Part shown: positions 42,265 to 56,650 of the stretch, piece after piece
Layout of the letters: the number at the start of each line of letters is the position of its first letter
How positions within the stretch are numbered: position 1 is the stretch's first letter
Source of the DNA: Hyphochytrium catenoides
Taxonomy: Eukaryota; Protista; Hyphochytriomycota
Length of the DNA: 64,000 bases
Direction of reading: 5' to 3'
Assembly: GCA_900088475.1 (NCBI GenBank)
Contig: FLMG01000941.1
Coordinates: 248,001-312,000 of the forward strand
Notes under the pieces: generated by a model
The model's database searches: none
The model's input: only the letters and a program-made list of their open reading frames with translations
Told to the model about the DNA's origin: nothing
Program-made: the position numbers and the translations under genes

Positions 42265-43798
42265 TCCCTATCTTCCTCTTGACTTCCCCTTCAACTCCCC
42301 CTTCCCCATCACCGGCCAACAGTCACACATACTATAGACAGCGAACCAGGAGCGAGCGGCACTCTGCTATTTGGTGTGATAAGTTACCCCTAGGGGGGAA
42401 GGTATAACTCCAAGTCGCTCACCTTAGCCAAAGCATAGGCCATAAAGAGCGCCTGGAGTCTGCATACCTGGGGATGAAGGAGGTTCCCCCTATATATTAT
42501 CATGTCAGGGTGGGTGGGCCAGGTGGCGCCTACACGCTTGTGGGGGTTACAAACAGAAGGCTGCTGCCTGGGGCTTTAAGGAGGCTGTAGTCGACAAGGT
42601 GATTCTGGGTAGTTCTGGGCTTAAAGCTCCGGCTGCGGTTAAACTCCAACAGGGGATTCATCTCCTCTTTTCCTTTTCTTCCTCGTTCAGCCTGACCGCC
42701 GTCCCTTTGTTAGCCCTTGGTGACTCAATCTTCTCGCAGCTGCGTGGGCTTTCTTGGCTTCAAAGTCTGCGTGGTCGGCTTTCTCTCGTTATTTCTCCAT
42801 CCTTCTGACCTCTCCTCCTAGCTATAAGACGTCTCGCCTATTACAAGTAGTAGAACTATATAGTCAGTTCGTCGTTTGCTGGCTCTTCTACTGGTTTCGC
42901 CTCATACAGTCTTCCCGGGACGTGGCTGGGACTCCCGGCTTGTTAGTTGGTTCTTGTTCCGATCCTCCGGCTGACGTTTAAGCCTCCAAGGCGAATGGTA
43001 GAGGAAGAGGAGCGGACAGATGTAGGACAGTTAAAGGAGTGTCTGGAGCAAAGAAGGGAAAGATATCCACTGCTGGCTCAACTTTGCCTTTTGGTACCAG
43101 ATGGGTTCATGTCAGCGTCCGGATGACGCAAAAGTTCAAATGACAGACTCCTTATAGTTATATTGACTTCGTGAAAGCAACGAGGCACATATCAAGGCTG
43201 AAGAAAGGAGCGACATGAAGGAGAAGACAAAAACCTTAGGGTGAGACAGATGCACCCTTCACACGGCACTCGAACTTTACTAGCGCCTACCCGGTGGGGC
43301 GAAGCGCAGAAGTATGCTAGCGACCAGGATGCCAATCTTTTTATTGCTGTATAACCTATAGCACCGCGCGCGAGAGGACGCTCTATCTCTGGTTGCGCGA
43401 ACAGGAGACGATGCCCTAGCTCACTCCCTCCGCCCCTGCGCCTGTCCCTCGTATCTCTATTTCTCGCTCTCCCTTAGTTCTTATAGGAGTACGTAGCATG
43501 TTTGTCGGGAAGACCATTGGTAGCCCAGTGTGTTCGACCCCTCCCGCTCTTTCCATTTCTTTGGCTGGCTGGGCGATGTTTGATGAGGACGATACGACAT
43601 CACACATAATAAGATAGCGAAGTGTCTACTGAAGACCCCTGCCTTCCCGTCCGCTCACTTCTAGAGTTATCACCGATATTCTTTCCTTATCCAGCTGGGG
43701 ACAGTGCGCCTAGTCAAGTAACAGGAGGCTTATCAAAAACAATTTATCATAAAAAGTGGAAGGCTTTCTTGACATAACTATATCAACTAAAAGTACAA

Positions 43799-44578
43799 TT
43801 ATACAAGGCCTGTCCGGGCAGGACCAGTCTGTCGCGGAAGTCCCTCCGCTCTAGTAGGAAGGCTGCCGCCTTGAAGATTATAGAATGAAGTCTCCTCGCC
43901 ATAGAGATCCTTGTGCACACGATGTGACCACATACGATGCTCTTTGAACCGATAATGGTTGTAATACCGGGCTGTCTTGAAAAGCTGCACAAGGGCGCCA
44001 AGAAGGAAGAGGAAGACGGTGACGGCAAAGTAGACCCACCACCAGGGCTTGTAGTCCACTGGTCGGCCATCTGTGTCTGAGTACTTTCCAGCAAAGTAAC
44101 TCACACCAGCCACCATAAAGTACGCCCCAGCCCAAGCGGAGGCTAAGATGCCAACAGGGCGCACTGCAATGGACGCCAGGATTGCGATAATAAACGCACC
44201 TATACCTATACAAATCCACATAATGGCTCTAGGCTCTGAATCCCAAGCTTTGTGGACGACGGTGACGTTGAGGAAGTGACCAAGTGCGCCACCAGCTAAG
44301 GCACCTAACATGAATGCCCCTACTCGAAGTAAAGTTCCGGAGATAGCCAAGCCAATCACTGCCGCTATAATGAAGGCGATCCATGACCATAGAAGGTCCG
44401 CATCTGTGGCGCTGTAGGTGATGAAGTAGGCAATGAAACCAGCCACCCAGAACCCAGAAATGGCTAGTGTCGCTCGGAGAAAGCGGTAGCCGAAGAAGCA
44501 GAACAGGAAGCCGAGTGGAATGCCTATTGCGGCCGCAACTTTGCCAGGAACTCCGGCGATTGTTACTTCAGCTGTCAT
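43799..44578 (-). CDS. TMEM198/TM7SF3-like (DUF4203) multi-pass membrane protein, intronless
   Basis: GFLFCFFGYRFLRATLAISGF, about 7 hydrophobic segments, ASAWAGAY, GALVQ. First ATG at 44578. Confidence 0.85.
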   Translation of the reverse strand: MTAEVTIAGVPGKVAAAIGIPLGFLFCFFGYRFLRATLAISGFWVAGFIAYFITYSATDADLLWSWIAFIIAAVIGLAISGTLLRVGAFMLGALAGGALGHFLNVTVVHKAWDSEPRAIMWICIGIGAFIIAILASIAVRPVGILASAWAGAYFMVAGVSYFAGKYSDTDGRPVDYKPWWWVYFAVTVFLFLLGALVQLFKTARYYNHYRFKEHRMWSHRVHKDLYGEETSFYNLQGGSLPTRAEGLPRQTGPARTGLV

Positions 44579-47340
44579 ATTTGCCCGTAATTGTGTAGCT
44601 TCTACCCGCAATCGCCGTTGTTTGCAAACGCCAGTCTTGATTTGTTGAGGGAGAATGAATTTTGAAAACTGAGAGGGGATAGGCCAATGTACGTGCTCCA
44701 GTATAATCTCTTCTCTTGTCCTTTATAACTGAGCCTTCTGCCTCCGTTCATTCCAGTTCCTTCATTGGCGCTCTTCTCTGGCTTCTTGCTGGCTCCTTCT
44801 TGGCTTTTCGTTTACCTCTACAAGGTTAGCGTATTATTATATCGCTTTCATCGCTCATCCCTGCTCCAGCAGCTGCCGTTCCTAGGCGATGGCTGTCTAG
44901 TATGGGGTCAGTAGTGGAAGAATGGGTATCCAAGCGGGATTCTTCCTTCTTGACATGAAGTGGAGGCTGCCTGGTTGCTTGAGGATGTAGCTGTTCTAAG
45001 AAGACGAAGATTGGTTTGGCTGTCGGAACCATAGGGAATGGGAGAACAGGCTCGGAGCTACTGAGATCAAGGGGCGTTCTCCTTTCTCTGTCAAGGATCA
45101 ACGCTGACCAAACAATTCTACCAGAAGCGGAGAAAGCGAGCGCCGGATTTTGCACCTGAAGCACTTTTTTGGTGAGGGTTCTCACGATGCTTCATTTCTA
45201 TTGGCCGTTCCGGCGCCAGCCAGCCAATCAGCGGTGTCCACAATTCAAACCATCCAATGAACGGTGTTAGACTTTGGAAGTGGTTGATGAAGCTGGGAAC
45301 AGAGATGAGAGAACAGAAATCTACTAGTTTCCTAGTTTACAACCTGGCAATACGGCCGACAGAGGAGAAGCGAACAGTTGGTGGTCAGCAATATATCAGC
45401 AGAAAAGGAAGAACGAGATGAAGACAGAACGTAGGAAGAGAATCTTCTCTTCTTCCATTATAGAGCGGAAGGAGGTGGTCTACGTCAGAGAGGAGGAGAG
45501 GCAGAGAGTACGTCATCTACTAAGGAGGCTAGAACCACACTAGCTCTTTACATGCTCTACTCTTTCCATTTCTACAATAATGGCAGGGTGGGGAAGAAGA
45601 GCAAGACGAAAGGGTGCATAAAGCGCAAGGGATCTCGACCCCTAACGGGGTTGGGGCCTTCTTCTGGTGAATCCGCTACAAGTACACGTGGCCGTTTCTT
45701 AGTACCTTGGCGTCTGTGCTGATGATGACCGTGCATCATGGGGCAGGAGGTAGAGTCTGCCGCTGTCCTGTAGCCTTAGGAACCTCTAGTTTGCACCTCG
45801 AAGAAGAGAGAAGCTCTTTACTAGGTCCAAAGTCTCTGCGACGAAGGGCGAGGTGCCATCTTCTTCAAGAGCCCATAGGAGTCGCTGATACTATTAGAGC
45901 CTCTTTGATCTGTACCATAACAAACGATAGCTCACGGGTTGGGTTGGGTCCCACTACTGATAGCCAGATTCGCTCTCTTCTACGCCATGGCAGCTCCTCT
46001 TCGAGGAGGGTAGTAAGTCGTCGTCCTGAATTCCTCAACAACAGTAGGACTTTTAAAGGTGGTTAAGGTCACTTCTTCCTCTTCAATCGGGGGACACCGA
46101 GATACCTGGTCCTGTTGTTGCGCTCCTCCCAGCTTCCTCGTCGTCTCCGTTACATTACGTAGTAACCATTCAGTCAACCTCCCTATTTAAGTAGAGCTGT
46201 AGGGAAGAAAGCAATCTTGGCGCTGAATGATTCTTGACTACTTTTATTTACTCCCTTAATATTTATAAAGAATCACTGGACGAATAGATTCTTAACTACT
46301 CTCAACTCCTTCCCAGTACGAACTACTCAAAGATATACGAAAGTTGGGACATGATCGTCGTTTGACACATCATCGTCGTTTGACATATGAAGGGCTGCCG
46401 CTGTTATGCAGTAGCACCCACCAGGGGAGGCTGCTCTTTATGATGACTCGTCGTCGGCCTCCTCCCCGTTAATTCGTTTTCTTCTACATACGCAAAGAAC
46501 TTTTTCTCCGAGGTTAGGAGTCATATCATCACAGCGAGCGGACCGGGGGTCCTCTCATCATGCCCATCCTTTTCAACTACTACCAACCCCTGCTCATGGA
46601 GCACTTTCTCGTCGGCCCTAAGAAGAAGTTCCTCAGAATCGGCTTCTTCATTCATTTCACCCAATTCTACTACTTTCTTAGCGTAAAGTCTATCTCTTCT
46701 GTCGGCAAAGAGAAATGGCCCTTGTTGACTTCAGTTGAGACGAGCAGTGGTTGGCAGCGCAGTGGTCATAACTCCTGCTCGTCTTCTAACTTATTAGCTG
46801 AGTAATGAGAGGGCCATCAGCTCCGACCAGGCCGATAGAGCACCAGCAGCGGAGGAGGAGGAGAAGAAGGAAGAGGTTGCTTTGTAAAGCTTCGTAGAGA
46901 GTTGACAGTAAACAACAGAAAGAGAAAAACTTAGCTCTCAATGTCTTTTTTGACCGTAATCTGTACAGGGTGCCTGCCTCAATCTCCTTATTTGACGTCC
47001 TTTGTGAATTATAGCTCAGAATCGCCGTGTTTAGCACCACTTGAGTAGTACTTGTCAAATTAGGCCTTGTATAATTGACAGAATCCTTGTCACTGGAACT
47101 GAAGAGAGTTTCCGTTTTGTGGGAGAAGATAGTTCTCACGGCGGCAGCAGCGGATGTGCCTAATCTTCTTGCTGATCATCATTCATTGTAGGAGGCCGCA
47201 GATGCCTAGAGCAGCTTCCAAAGCACGTTAAGAACGAAACATGAGATGAGTAGGAAAGGCAACGAGTAGGACCAATGGAGAGGAGAAGCAAATAACTGCG
47301 ACCGTGTCAGAGGAGCCACGATGGGCGGACAGTGACCAGA

Positions 47341-49643
47341 ATGAGCGAGCCTGAACATAGACATTCGCCCATTCGAGCGTCAGTCTCCGGTGATGGGCGG
47401 ATCGTCATGGACAACCCCACGTCAAGGGTCTTTTCTCGCAGTCCGAGGAGGAAAAGGCGGCGGACTTTGTCGTATTCTGAAGCACAGGGAGACACCAATC
47501 AGGATGACAGCTGCAGCCGGAGAAGAATTTATGAGCCACACCAATCGCATGCTGGCAGCAATCCCCTACTCTTGGCCTGGCGTATGGTCAGTCCGTTCTT
47601 CAGCATCTATTATTGAACGCCAGCTATCCTTTCCCAGGTGGTGGCGCGGAAGTTGCACTTCTAATCTTTCGTCACTTCTTTTGCTTGGAGACTTACTTCA
47701 GTTCACATTTCTATTGTCCCTGCTCATAGCTCTGGGAGGAGATTGAAGGTAATCAGTGGGATTAAAGAGGACGCTTATCCAACATGGGATAGTCACGATT
47801 GCTCTTATTGCCACAGCAATGGGATGGTTGGAACTTATGAAAGCGTCGATAGATGGAGAGTAAGAAACTCCGCGTCGCTGCGTTTGATTGGAGCGTTGCC
47901 TCTCGCTCCCGCTAGTCTTTTGTGCTTTTCCTCCCCATTCTCTCTTCAATTCTGTGTGTGCGTGTGCAAGCCTCTCTCTCTCCTTCTGTGTATGTCTTTC
48001 TCCCCTGATGTCTGTCTGTCTGCCCCTTCTCCTTGAGCCCCGTTCAGCTTTTGCTATATATAGTTGAATCTAATCGTAGCTGTTTAGGATAACCGAGTAC
48101 GTTGCACTCTTCGAAAAGCATGAGGAACAGTTACCTCTCATAGCGGTATGGCCTACTTACCTCACTGTGCGTGGTCCCGTCCGGCTATGCATCCTCTTCC
48201 CTTCCTGCTCTTCTCATATACGCTTATCTGTTGCTAATTGGTGCACCTTACCTTTTCATTGTCACTCTCTTCATGGCTGTTGGCTTGCCTTATCTTGAGG
48301 GCGCCGAACGCTATCAACGCATGCCCTTCCTTTTTACCAGATTCTTCCTTATCTAGTCATCCGAGGTCTACTTCAGACTTCTCTTCAGGAGCTTCACGCT
48401 TAATGCCATAGCGTCATCTTTATCGCTTTATCCCGTCTGTTCTTCCAGGGTTTCATAGACTTCATGGTGCAACCCTTAAAGGCAATTTATGCCTTTGCTG
48501 TTCCCACTGACGTCGCTATGGAGACCCTCAAACACTACTCTCCTCGAGGAATAGTTGAAGTAGGAAGCGGGACCGGCTACTGGGCTTCTCTCTTACGTGA
48601 CCATGGAGTAGACGTGATTGCTTATGATAATAGGCCACCTAGGCGACAGGGGAGTGAACTACGACAGACGCTGATGAGGAACCAGCCTACCGGGGCCAAG
48701 GACGACGAGAGCTACAAGGAGGAAGACGTCAACCCCTACCATTCCCTGGCTGTCCGCTTCACCTTCACTGATGGCGAACACTTCCAGTACCAAGGTCGTT
48801 AAAGTCTCCTTATTATCTCCGCCTTTCCTATCCTGTCTGTCAACCCTCACTCTAACTGACGAACCTCCCGCTAATTGTTTTCTTTGGTCTTGCTAGGGGA
48901 GACCGGCGCATTCACCTTTGTGAACAAAGGCTCTCCAACTTGTCTAACACATCATCCAGAGAGGTAGGCTTACTCCTGATCACTATTGTCAGATATCCCC
49001 GGCTGCTGGAGAACGACTTTCAATACCTCTCTCTTGCCTTTGTCAAGCATCCTCTACGCATATGACCGATTATGGGGTTGCTTTTTTTTTTTTAGTGTCG
49101 AAGTCCGACTTATACGTAGTCACGTTATCTGACCTTTTTATCGGCTCGGTTAGGTCACTTCTTCTCTGCTGGCCACCGAAGGACGGTACGATGGCAGTGG
49201 ACTGTCTGAATTACTACCCAGGAACTATTCTGCTATATATTGGAGAATGGGAAGGAGAAGCATCGACTGGGATCATAGCGGGACAGGAGGACCAGGACCA
49301 AGGTTGCCACCTCGGACAAACAGCAACTAAAGGCTTCCAAGCATTAGTCCTGCAAGAATGGGAAAGAATAGAGGTCGTGCCCCTCCCTAATTTTCCCTTT
49401 TGCAGAGACAAGCTGCGCGTGTTTAGAAGAAAAGAGAGAAGCGATCGCGACCTAGGGATAGAGAAACATCGATCAGGAAATGCTATCGGGGATATAGGTC
49501 AGACCAATGCTCCCAGCCTAAGTTTCATAGAATCCGGAAGTTCCATAGTAGCAAAGCAGCAAAATAGCAAATTACTTCGAGTTAGGATACTCCAAGCCTA
49601 CAGGAAGGCTTGGGAGCATGAAAAAAAGGGCTTCTCAGGTTGA
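47341..49643 (+). CDS. Uncharacterised class I SAM-dependent methyltransferase-like protein
   Basis: Motifs YAFAVPT, IVEVGSGTGYWASLL, GVDVIAYD, LLLCWPP, LLYIGEW over about 5 exons. The 5' exons are less certain. Confidence 0.72.
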
Positions 49644-49714
49644 AGGTAACGTAATAGGCGGGTTACTTTGCAGCCCTTTTATAATAACGATATTAATAGA
49701 CCTCTAATACCTCG

Positions 49715-51781
49715 CTAGGAGCCAAATATTGAGCCGTAGCTAAAAGACAAAGAGAGTTCGAAGTCGACGATAGTAGTAGAGGGACCACACGGGAAGGGAG
49801 GATAGGCAGATTACATAGTGATATATGCAAGGAGGAGATAGAATGTTAGTTTTTCGTTCATAACTCTTTGGGAAGCGACAACCCGCATCTTACCTCTCTC
49901 TTTGCATGGCTTGAAGCTCGATCATCCAGTCTGAGAACTGTGGGTCGGACTGATACTTCGCGATCGCAGCACCCAGTTCCTATCATCATCGCACAAGGAT
50001 TAGCACTATTTCATGTGACCAGTTCTGATCCCGCTATTTGTATCGAAGGACCCCTAATCCTTCTGTCAGTTAAATTGGATATAGACCTGGGGTCGGTCGA
50101 TTCGCCATGAAGTCGAGCTAGTTCATGGCCTGCCGCTATCTTACCTCTCTGGTTAGCTTGTACTTTGCTCGGATATCCTCCAAAACCTTGGTTGCTCTTT
50201 GGGCATAGCGGTCCGCGAAGATCTCTTGAGAACCATTAAGGTCTATTATACCTTCCTGCACAGTCAGAGGGCGTTAGCTATGCTAATGAGCTAAAGAATT
50301 GCTAAAGTAAAAAGCCAGGGAGGCACCAGAGAGCACAGAGGTGGCGCTTCGCTGCTCACAAGGCTAAGGCTAAGGAAAGCGGGTTTGCAAAGACGCAGAT
50401 TTGGAGAAGGAATGCTGGGATGATGAGCATCCACAAAGAGCCGCACTATAGTGAGAGTAGCATAGATCTAGACAATTTGGGCCTTCCGGTCGAAGTCTTA
50501 CCGCTCTCATTTCTGCCACTACTTCTCTCATGTGCGTGTTCATTTCTACGATGGTCTCTTTCATTATCTCGTACACCTGAGCATAGACAGTAATCCTTTT
50601 GGCATCAAGGAGAACATGACTAGCCAAGAAGATACATAAAAGCGTATACTGATAGTGACAGCAACTCCGAATGACAGTTGATGTTCTACTATCCTTTAGT
50701 ACTCAGTATATGGGACGTTGAAGAGACCAGTCATCCAATATGACAAGAAACACTCGTTCACCTTTTCTTTTGTCAGGAACTCCGGAACAACGACATCTGA
50801 GAACTCTGCCCTTTGTGCTTTTGCCTCAGGGCTACATTGCATAGGTTAGTCTTATGCTACTTGTCAGTGTTATGGTCGCCTACTGTTGTCGTCAGTTACC
50901 TGTTCAGGAGAAGGCGCTGAAGTCTCTGCTGACTCTTGAGGACATCTGGATCATCCTTGAACTCTCTGAGAGCAGCGGACACATGATCTGAGGTACAGTT
51001 GTACCGAAGGTAAAGCTACAGAGACAGGGGAAGTAAGCGGCATGCAGGTGTCATAAGAGAGACGGTCTCTGCACTCGAAGGGGTGGAGACATAGAGGAGA
51101 GTGTCGGAACCCTAGGACGTGTAGGTACCTCTTCTTCTGCTGCAGTCATCCTCTGAGTGAACTGTCTTTGAAGGTGCTCATTCATATCCTCTTCCCTGAA
51201 GTCTTCGTTGTTAGGCAGCGTAGACTTTTTGATCTTATCTACAGCTTCTTGCTGCTCTAACTAAAGAGGCAAAGGAGGGAGAGTGAATAGAGGGAGGCAG
51301 TAGATTGAAATGACGTGGGGGAGAGAGGACCACGCCGAAAGACCATAAATAAGATCAAAGAGCGCGAGGAAGACACTGCGCTGAACAAAGAAGAAGGTGA
51401 CAAGGTGACAGAGTGACAGACGACAAACTCTTCAGATTGAGTGGGATACGTGGTGGAAAGGGGAAGAGAACAAAAGAGCGCAGAGCGGGAGAGAGAGAAA
51501 GTAAGACGAGTCCCATGCCAAAGCCAGTGAAATCGCCCGTGAGTTACCAGTATGCCTTCCATGGCAAAGGCTAACTGCTCATAGATTTCTATCAGGGTCT
51601 TCTTGTCCAATGGTTCTGTCCTCCTTGCGCTGCGGCTCCTGGAGGACGAGGAGCCGTGGTAATAAGCCCACCCAGCTCCTACAAGGCCAGCTACCGAGAC
51701 GGCAACCCCAGCCACAATGAGGATTGTGGTGAGATCTCCATGGAGCACTCTAACGCCTTCAGAGCCTACGTTTCCCCCCAT
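49715..51781 (-). CDS. Multi-exon hypothetical helical protein with an N-terminal transmembrane anchor and internal duplication
   Basis: TM segment TILIVAGVAVSVAGLVGAGWAYY, then exons LDKKTLIEIYEQL / VSAALREFKDDPDV / LTKEKVYEIMKET / LGAAIAKYQSDPQF; tentative last exon SYGSIFGS*. Confidence 0.65.
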
Positions 51782-52823
51782 TTCTGCTCTCCAGATCGTC
51801 TGTTCTGTTCGCTTTGCTCGAGCGTTGGTTCGAAGCCCTCTAGACTGTGCTTTTGCCCCTTCTAATGACTTCAGACTCGTCATGGGCTTGCCAGATATAA
51901 GACTTGGTAACGAGCAGTTATTGCCGCGTGGAAGAGACAGAGAGAGAGAGGACGACAGGCGCGCAACCGCCTGTGGCAGAGGGCGCTGTCCTCGCGCCAA
52001 GCTTTGAGCCCTATCGGTGATGGCACTTGCCTGCAGCACTGCTCTCCGTAAGCGCGCCATTTTGTTCCCTATTTCTCTACGTTGCTTCCTGTCCCCTCCA
52101 CTAAGCACCAGTTGCCCTCGGGCCGCTTCCAACTACCGGAGCACCGAGCAACGGATAATCTAGAGAGTCTGGAAGTGAGGTTGCCAACAATAAGCCAGTC
52201 TCCGTGTCTGGCGCTTCTGGCGCTGCTTGGAATTCTCATCAGGAACCAGAAGTGGGAGAAGAGGCAATGCCTTCGGTTTGACAAGCAGAAGTTCTGAGCG
52301 GAGCCATAGCGCGACGCGCGAGGGAAGAGAGATACCGTGTGAGACAGATAGACAGAAGGGCAGACAGAGAACGAGAAAGAGGAAGACAGAGCGAGAGCAA
52401 GCTGTGGAGAGAGAGTACAAAGAAGAACAGAGAGAGGGAGGGAGAGCCAAAAGATGAGAGTGAGAGTGGGAAGAGATAAGGGTCCTTGAACAACCTTAAT
52501 TTGGAGCCGAAAAACCGAAAAAGGAAGCAAATAACAGTCACAGGTGATAACCGAACCCTTGATTCTATTATATTGATTTCTTTTCAATGAAGTTGAGATT
52601 CTGCGTTTGGCGCGCAAAAAATAAAGCAGACACTGCCGATAAATCGGCAGATCGATCTTCATCATCTCATCGAGAGCTTCATAAGGGTCTTGAAGCAGGC
52701 TCTCACTTCTAGACTTCATTACAAGTCCACGGAAGTACAGGAGGTACTGATAGGCAGCGGGCCAGCTTTTGAGTCCTTCTCCTGATTTTCAGATCCATCA
52801 ACTCACTTGACTACCTAGGAGCC

Positions 52824-55800
52824 ATGCCTCGAGAGATTATTACGCTACAAGTGGGACAATGTGGAAATCAAAGTATGAGCACTACCTTGGTCTTAGTATC
52901 GATCCTTCTCTTCCGCTTCAAAGCCACTTGGCTGAAGTTCTTGGGATATCTCATATCTCACTCTCGTATGACCTCTCACAGTCGGAATGGAGTTTTGGAA
53001 ACAGCTGTGTGCTGAACATGGCATAGGGCCTGACGGCATCCTACATGACTATGCCACCCAAGGGAATGACCGGAAAGATGTGTTCTTTTACCAGGTAAAT
53101 GGAGACGGAGCTTCCAAAAGATGGCCATCTCTTGGGTTCTCACTTGCGGTCTCCTTTGTAGGCTGATGACGAGCACTACATCCCCCGTGCAATGTGTATG
53201 GATCTTGAGCCTAGGGTAGGTCCACATTCGACAAAAGCTGCTATCAGGATTGGAAGGCATCTCTCTTTGAGCCCAATGTCTTACCTGTCCTTTCTTTTCC
53301 TATGGAAAGAATCTCGCTTTCTCTGCGATGAGCCTCTCTGCGCCTCTGCCAATCTGTCACTTCCCTTCAAACTTCCCATATTCTCTCCCTTAAATATCAT
53401 CTTCAATTTTTGCAGTCCTGTCTTGCGTGCTTTGTCGCTCTTTGTCAATCAATAACATCGTCGTGCCGGTGCGCAGGTTATCAACTCCATCCAGACGTCA
53501 GAGTATAAGAACCTATACAATCCTGAGAACTTTTTTGTCTCAAAAGCAGGAGGAGGCGCTGGAAACAATTGGGCCTCCGGTTATCATCAAGGAGAGCAAC
53601 ATCATGACTTGCTTATGGACATGATTGACAGAGAAGCCGATGGAAGCGATAGCTTGGAGGTGAGTATCTCCCTTCGTTCTCCAAGCCTCTCCAGATACTA
53701 CTCTTTCCATTGTGACACGTAGTGCCTACCTACTCTCCCCAATCCTATAGACAGACCGATCCACCTGCTAATGCTGTCACTCTATTCATTATTGCCTTCT
53801 CCCAGGGCTTCGTCTTGTGTCACTCTATTGCTGGTGGTACGGGATCGGGAATGGGTTCCTACATCTTGGAGAACCTAAACGACCACTTTCCTAAGAAGCT
53901 GATTCAGACATACTCGGTCTTCCCCAACCAGGTAAGTCATGTTTGTAGATTGCCTCTGGACGAGAATATTTGCTGCTCTGTCTTTTAGGTAGTCCCTCTT
54001 CTTGGTTCTTTACTCCGTCGCTGCTTATCAGCTAAGCTTTTCCTTGTCAGCCTTAGTCTAGCCCTGCTGTGCTTTCCCAACCTACGCTATTGTTCTTCTA
54101 ATGTCTAATTCGTATCATCAGGACGACGCCCAGAGTGATGTGGTGGTTCAACCTTACAATTCGATCCTCACCTTAAAGCGTCTGACGCTAAACTCTGACT
54201 GCGTGGTGGTGCTGGACAACACAGCGCTGAACAGAATTGCCGTTGACAGGCTGAGAATAGACAACCCCACCGTTGGCCAGGTGAGCTGTGACATGCGGCG
54301 TAAAATGGGGCAGGATGGTTAGTGGTAGGGTGAAGAATGCCTTAGCTCGTCGCTTTCACGGCGCTTGGGTTACTAGCAGATTGGCGTTGGAAGCACTCTT
54401 TGGGAGGAACGTTATGTGAGGGGATGGGCGGACATTCATCTTGCAGATGAGATTAGTCTTCTCGGTATTCTCCTCTTCTAATCTCCTGTCGCACCTCGGT
54501 TGGCTCTGTCCTTCTTCTGCCCTCAATCGCCGGACGGTGTCCAGCTAAACTCTTTGGTCTCCACGGTAATGGCTGCAAGCACCACGACCCTCCGGTACCC
54601 CGGCTATATGAACAACGATCTCATTGGATTAGTGGCTTCCCTAATCCCCACACCTCGTTGCCACTTCCTTATGACTGGATATACACCTCTCACAATTGAA
54701 CACCAGGTACTGGCGCCTTTCATGGGACTAACGTGTTCTGCGTCCGATACTCCTGCTGGTAGCTCTGTCTAGCAATTGCATTTGTTTATATGCCGCTTGT
54801 ATGAATGGTGAGCCGCTCAGTAACCTCCGTCCGGTTAGCGTGCTGGAACCTCCTCATGTGTCTAGCATTTCGCTTCTGATGGTCGTTTTCTCGTCCTGTA
54901 GACCAGTGCGGTGAGGAAAACGACGGTGCTGGATGTAATGAGAAGGTTACTGCAGGTAAGGCATGTGAAGCACGGAGAGATAGGACTCTAGAGCTTAGTA
55001 GTAGTGGCATCCGAAGTCTCCCTTCTTCTCAGGCTGGTCTCACTCTCAATTGGCTCATCGCTCCAACATACCTTCCTGCTGTCCTTATCCGCTCTTGTTG
55101 CCATGACAGACAAAGAACATCATGGTTTCCGCTCCGACAAAGAAAGGATGCTACATCTCTATCCTTAATATTATTCAGGGTGATGTTGACCCTACGCAGG
55201 TGAGTTAGGGAGGTGGGCAGACGACTTTCAGAACTCTCCACTCTGAGCACCCTCTGGCCTGGTGTCTCTCTCACTGCTTGGTGGTGTTCTAGTATGCCTC
55301 TCGGTCATACATTCCTCTCTAACGGTCGCAATGTTCTCCCTCGGCACCCAATATTAGGCTGCCTTGTCGAACGCACTGAAATTTTATACCTCGCCCAGCT
55401 CTTATAGTTTCTCTGGCCTTGCTCTGAGCCTTGCTTATACCTCAAAACCCCAATCTTAGATCTAGTTAGGTCTTGGAGTGCTTACGGATTTCTTGCAATT
55501 CTCAGGTCCATAAGAGTCTGCAACGCATTCGAGAGCGCAAACTGGCTCGCTTCATTCCTTGGGGTCCCGCCAGCATTCAGGTGGCTCTTTCGAGGAAGTC
55601 TCCCTACGTTGAGACCCCGCATAAAGTTAGTGGTCTCATGCTTGCCAATCACACGGCAATCAAGAATGTAAGGCCCTGACTCTAGTTTGCCAAGTCCTTC
55701 CTGATGGTGACGTCCCCGACAGTTGTTTCTAGGTGCTCCATAGCCTTTGTCCTCCTGCATATATCTTCTCCTCTCTTCCTGGTTTAAGTCTTCTGAATCC

Positions 55801-56243
55801 TCTCTCTCTGGCGCTGCAGCTATTCCAGAAAACGATTGCCCAGTATGACCGCCTGCGCAAACGCAATGCGTTTATCGATAACTACAGAAAGCAGCCGATG
55901 TTCACGGACTCGCTAGACGAGTTCGATAATGCAAGGTCAGACGTACATCATATGTAGTTTTGCCGTCTCCATGTGCTCTGCTACACCTTCCGCAAAGGCT
56001 ATGTGCTCCTGAAACTGTCTCTTTGCGCTCTACGTCTGCACCGTAAGGTTTCGAGGTTTTACACTTTTCTTCTTTTATGTGCGTCACCCCCATTGCCCTA
56101 ACGGCATTTCTGCGTCGGCTACCTTTCTATCCGCCAACTACAGAGAAGTGGTCACCCAGCTGGAGGAGGAATATGACGCTTGTGAACGGCCAGACTATGT
56201 CACTTGGGGCCAGCAGACAACGACTACGCCTGTCGTCCCATAA
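52824..56243 (+). CDS. TUBG1: Gamma-tubulin
   Basis: [77 protein letters not shown]. Stop at 56241-56243. Confidence 0.97.
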
Positions 56244-56650
56244 GGCCAGACAGGGGACCAAGATGCACGCGCCAATCAAGATGGGAAAAGCCTGACGGCT
56301 CTTTCTAGTCATCCAGTCTACGTTGGATTAGCCTGCAGACGACCGATATCACCGTTATTTGCTTAGGACGGCTGAAAGTAAGGGAGCAAATACTTGGGAG
56401 CTCTCCGGCTATGTGCCACGGTGACCGCTGCGGTTTCGTGACAAGGGCGAGGAAAGGACAAATAGGTAGAAGGGTTGTCTTGGACCTTAAGGGCCTTATT
56501 CTCATAAATAGTCAAGCGCTTGGCTATGCTATACATATGTTATAATAACAGATCTAACTAAGTGTGGCAGGCTTCTGTCCGCTTATTTGCTACACGTCTG
56601 CTTAATACACCCACTTTCTATCACCTTCTCTAGTCTTAACTCTTAAAGGC

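Noticed and set aside
46354-46385. Direct repeat atcgtcgtttgaca x2
   Set aside because: Only two adjacent copies; consistent with slippage.
44826-47139. Protein-like ORF fragments (also at 20810-21250, 23594-24019 and 42560-42990)
   Set aside because: Interrupted by stops with no consistent splice model or family motif; possibly decayed genes but not supportable.
51782-52719. Long non-ATG ORFs upstream of the membrane-anchored gene
   Set aside because: Probably UTR or divergent promoter sequence shared with gamma-tubulin; low-complexity translation.
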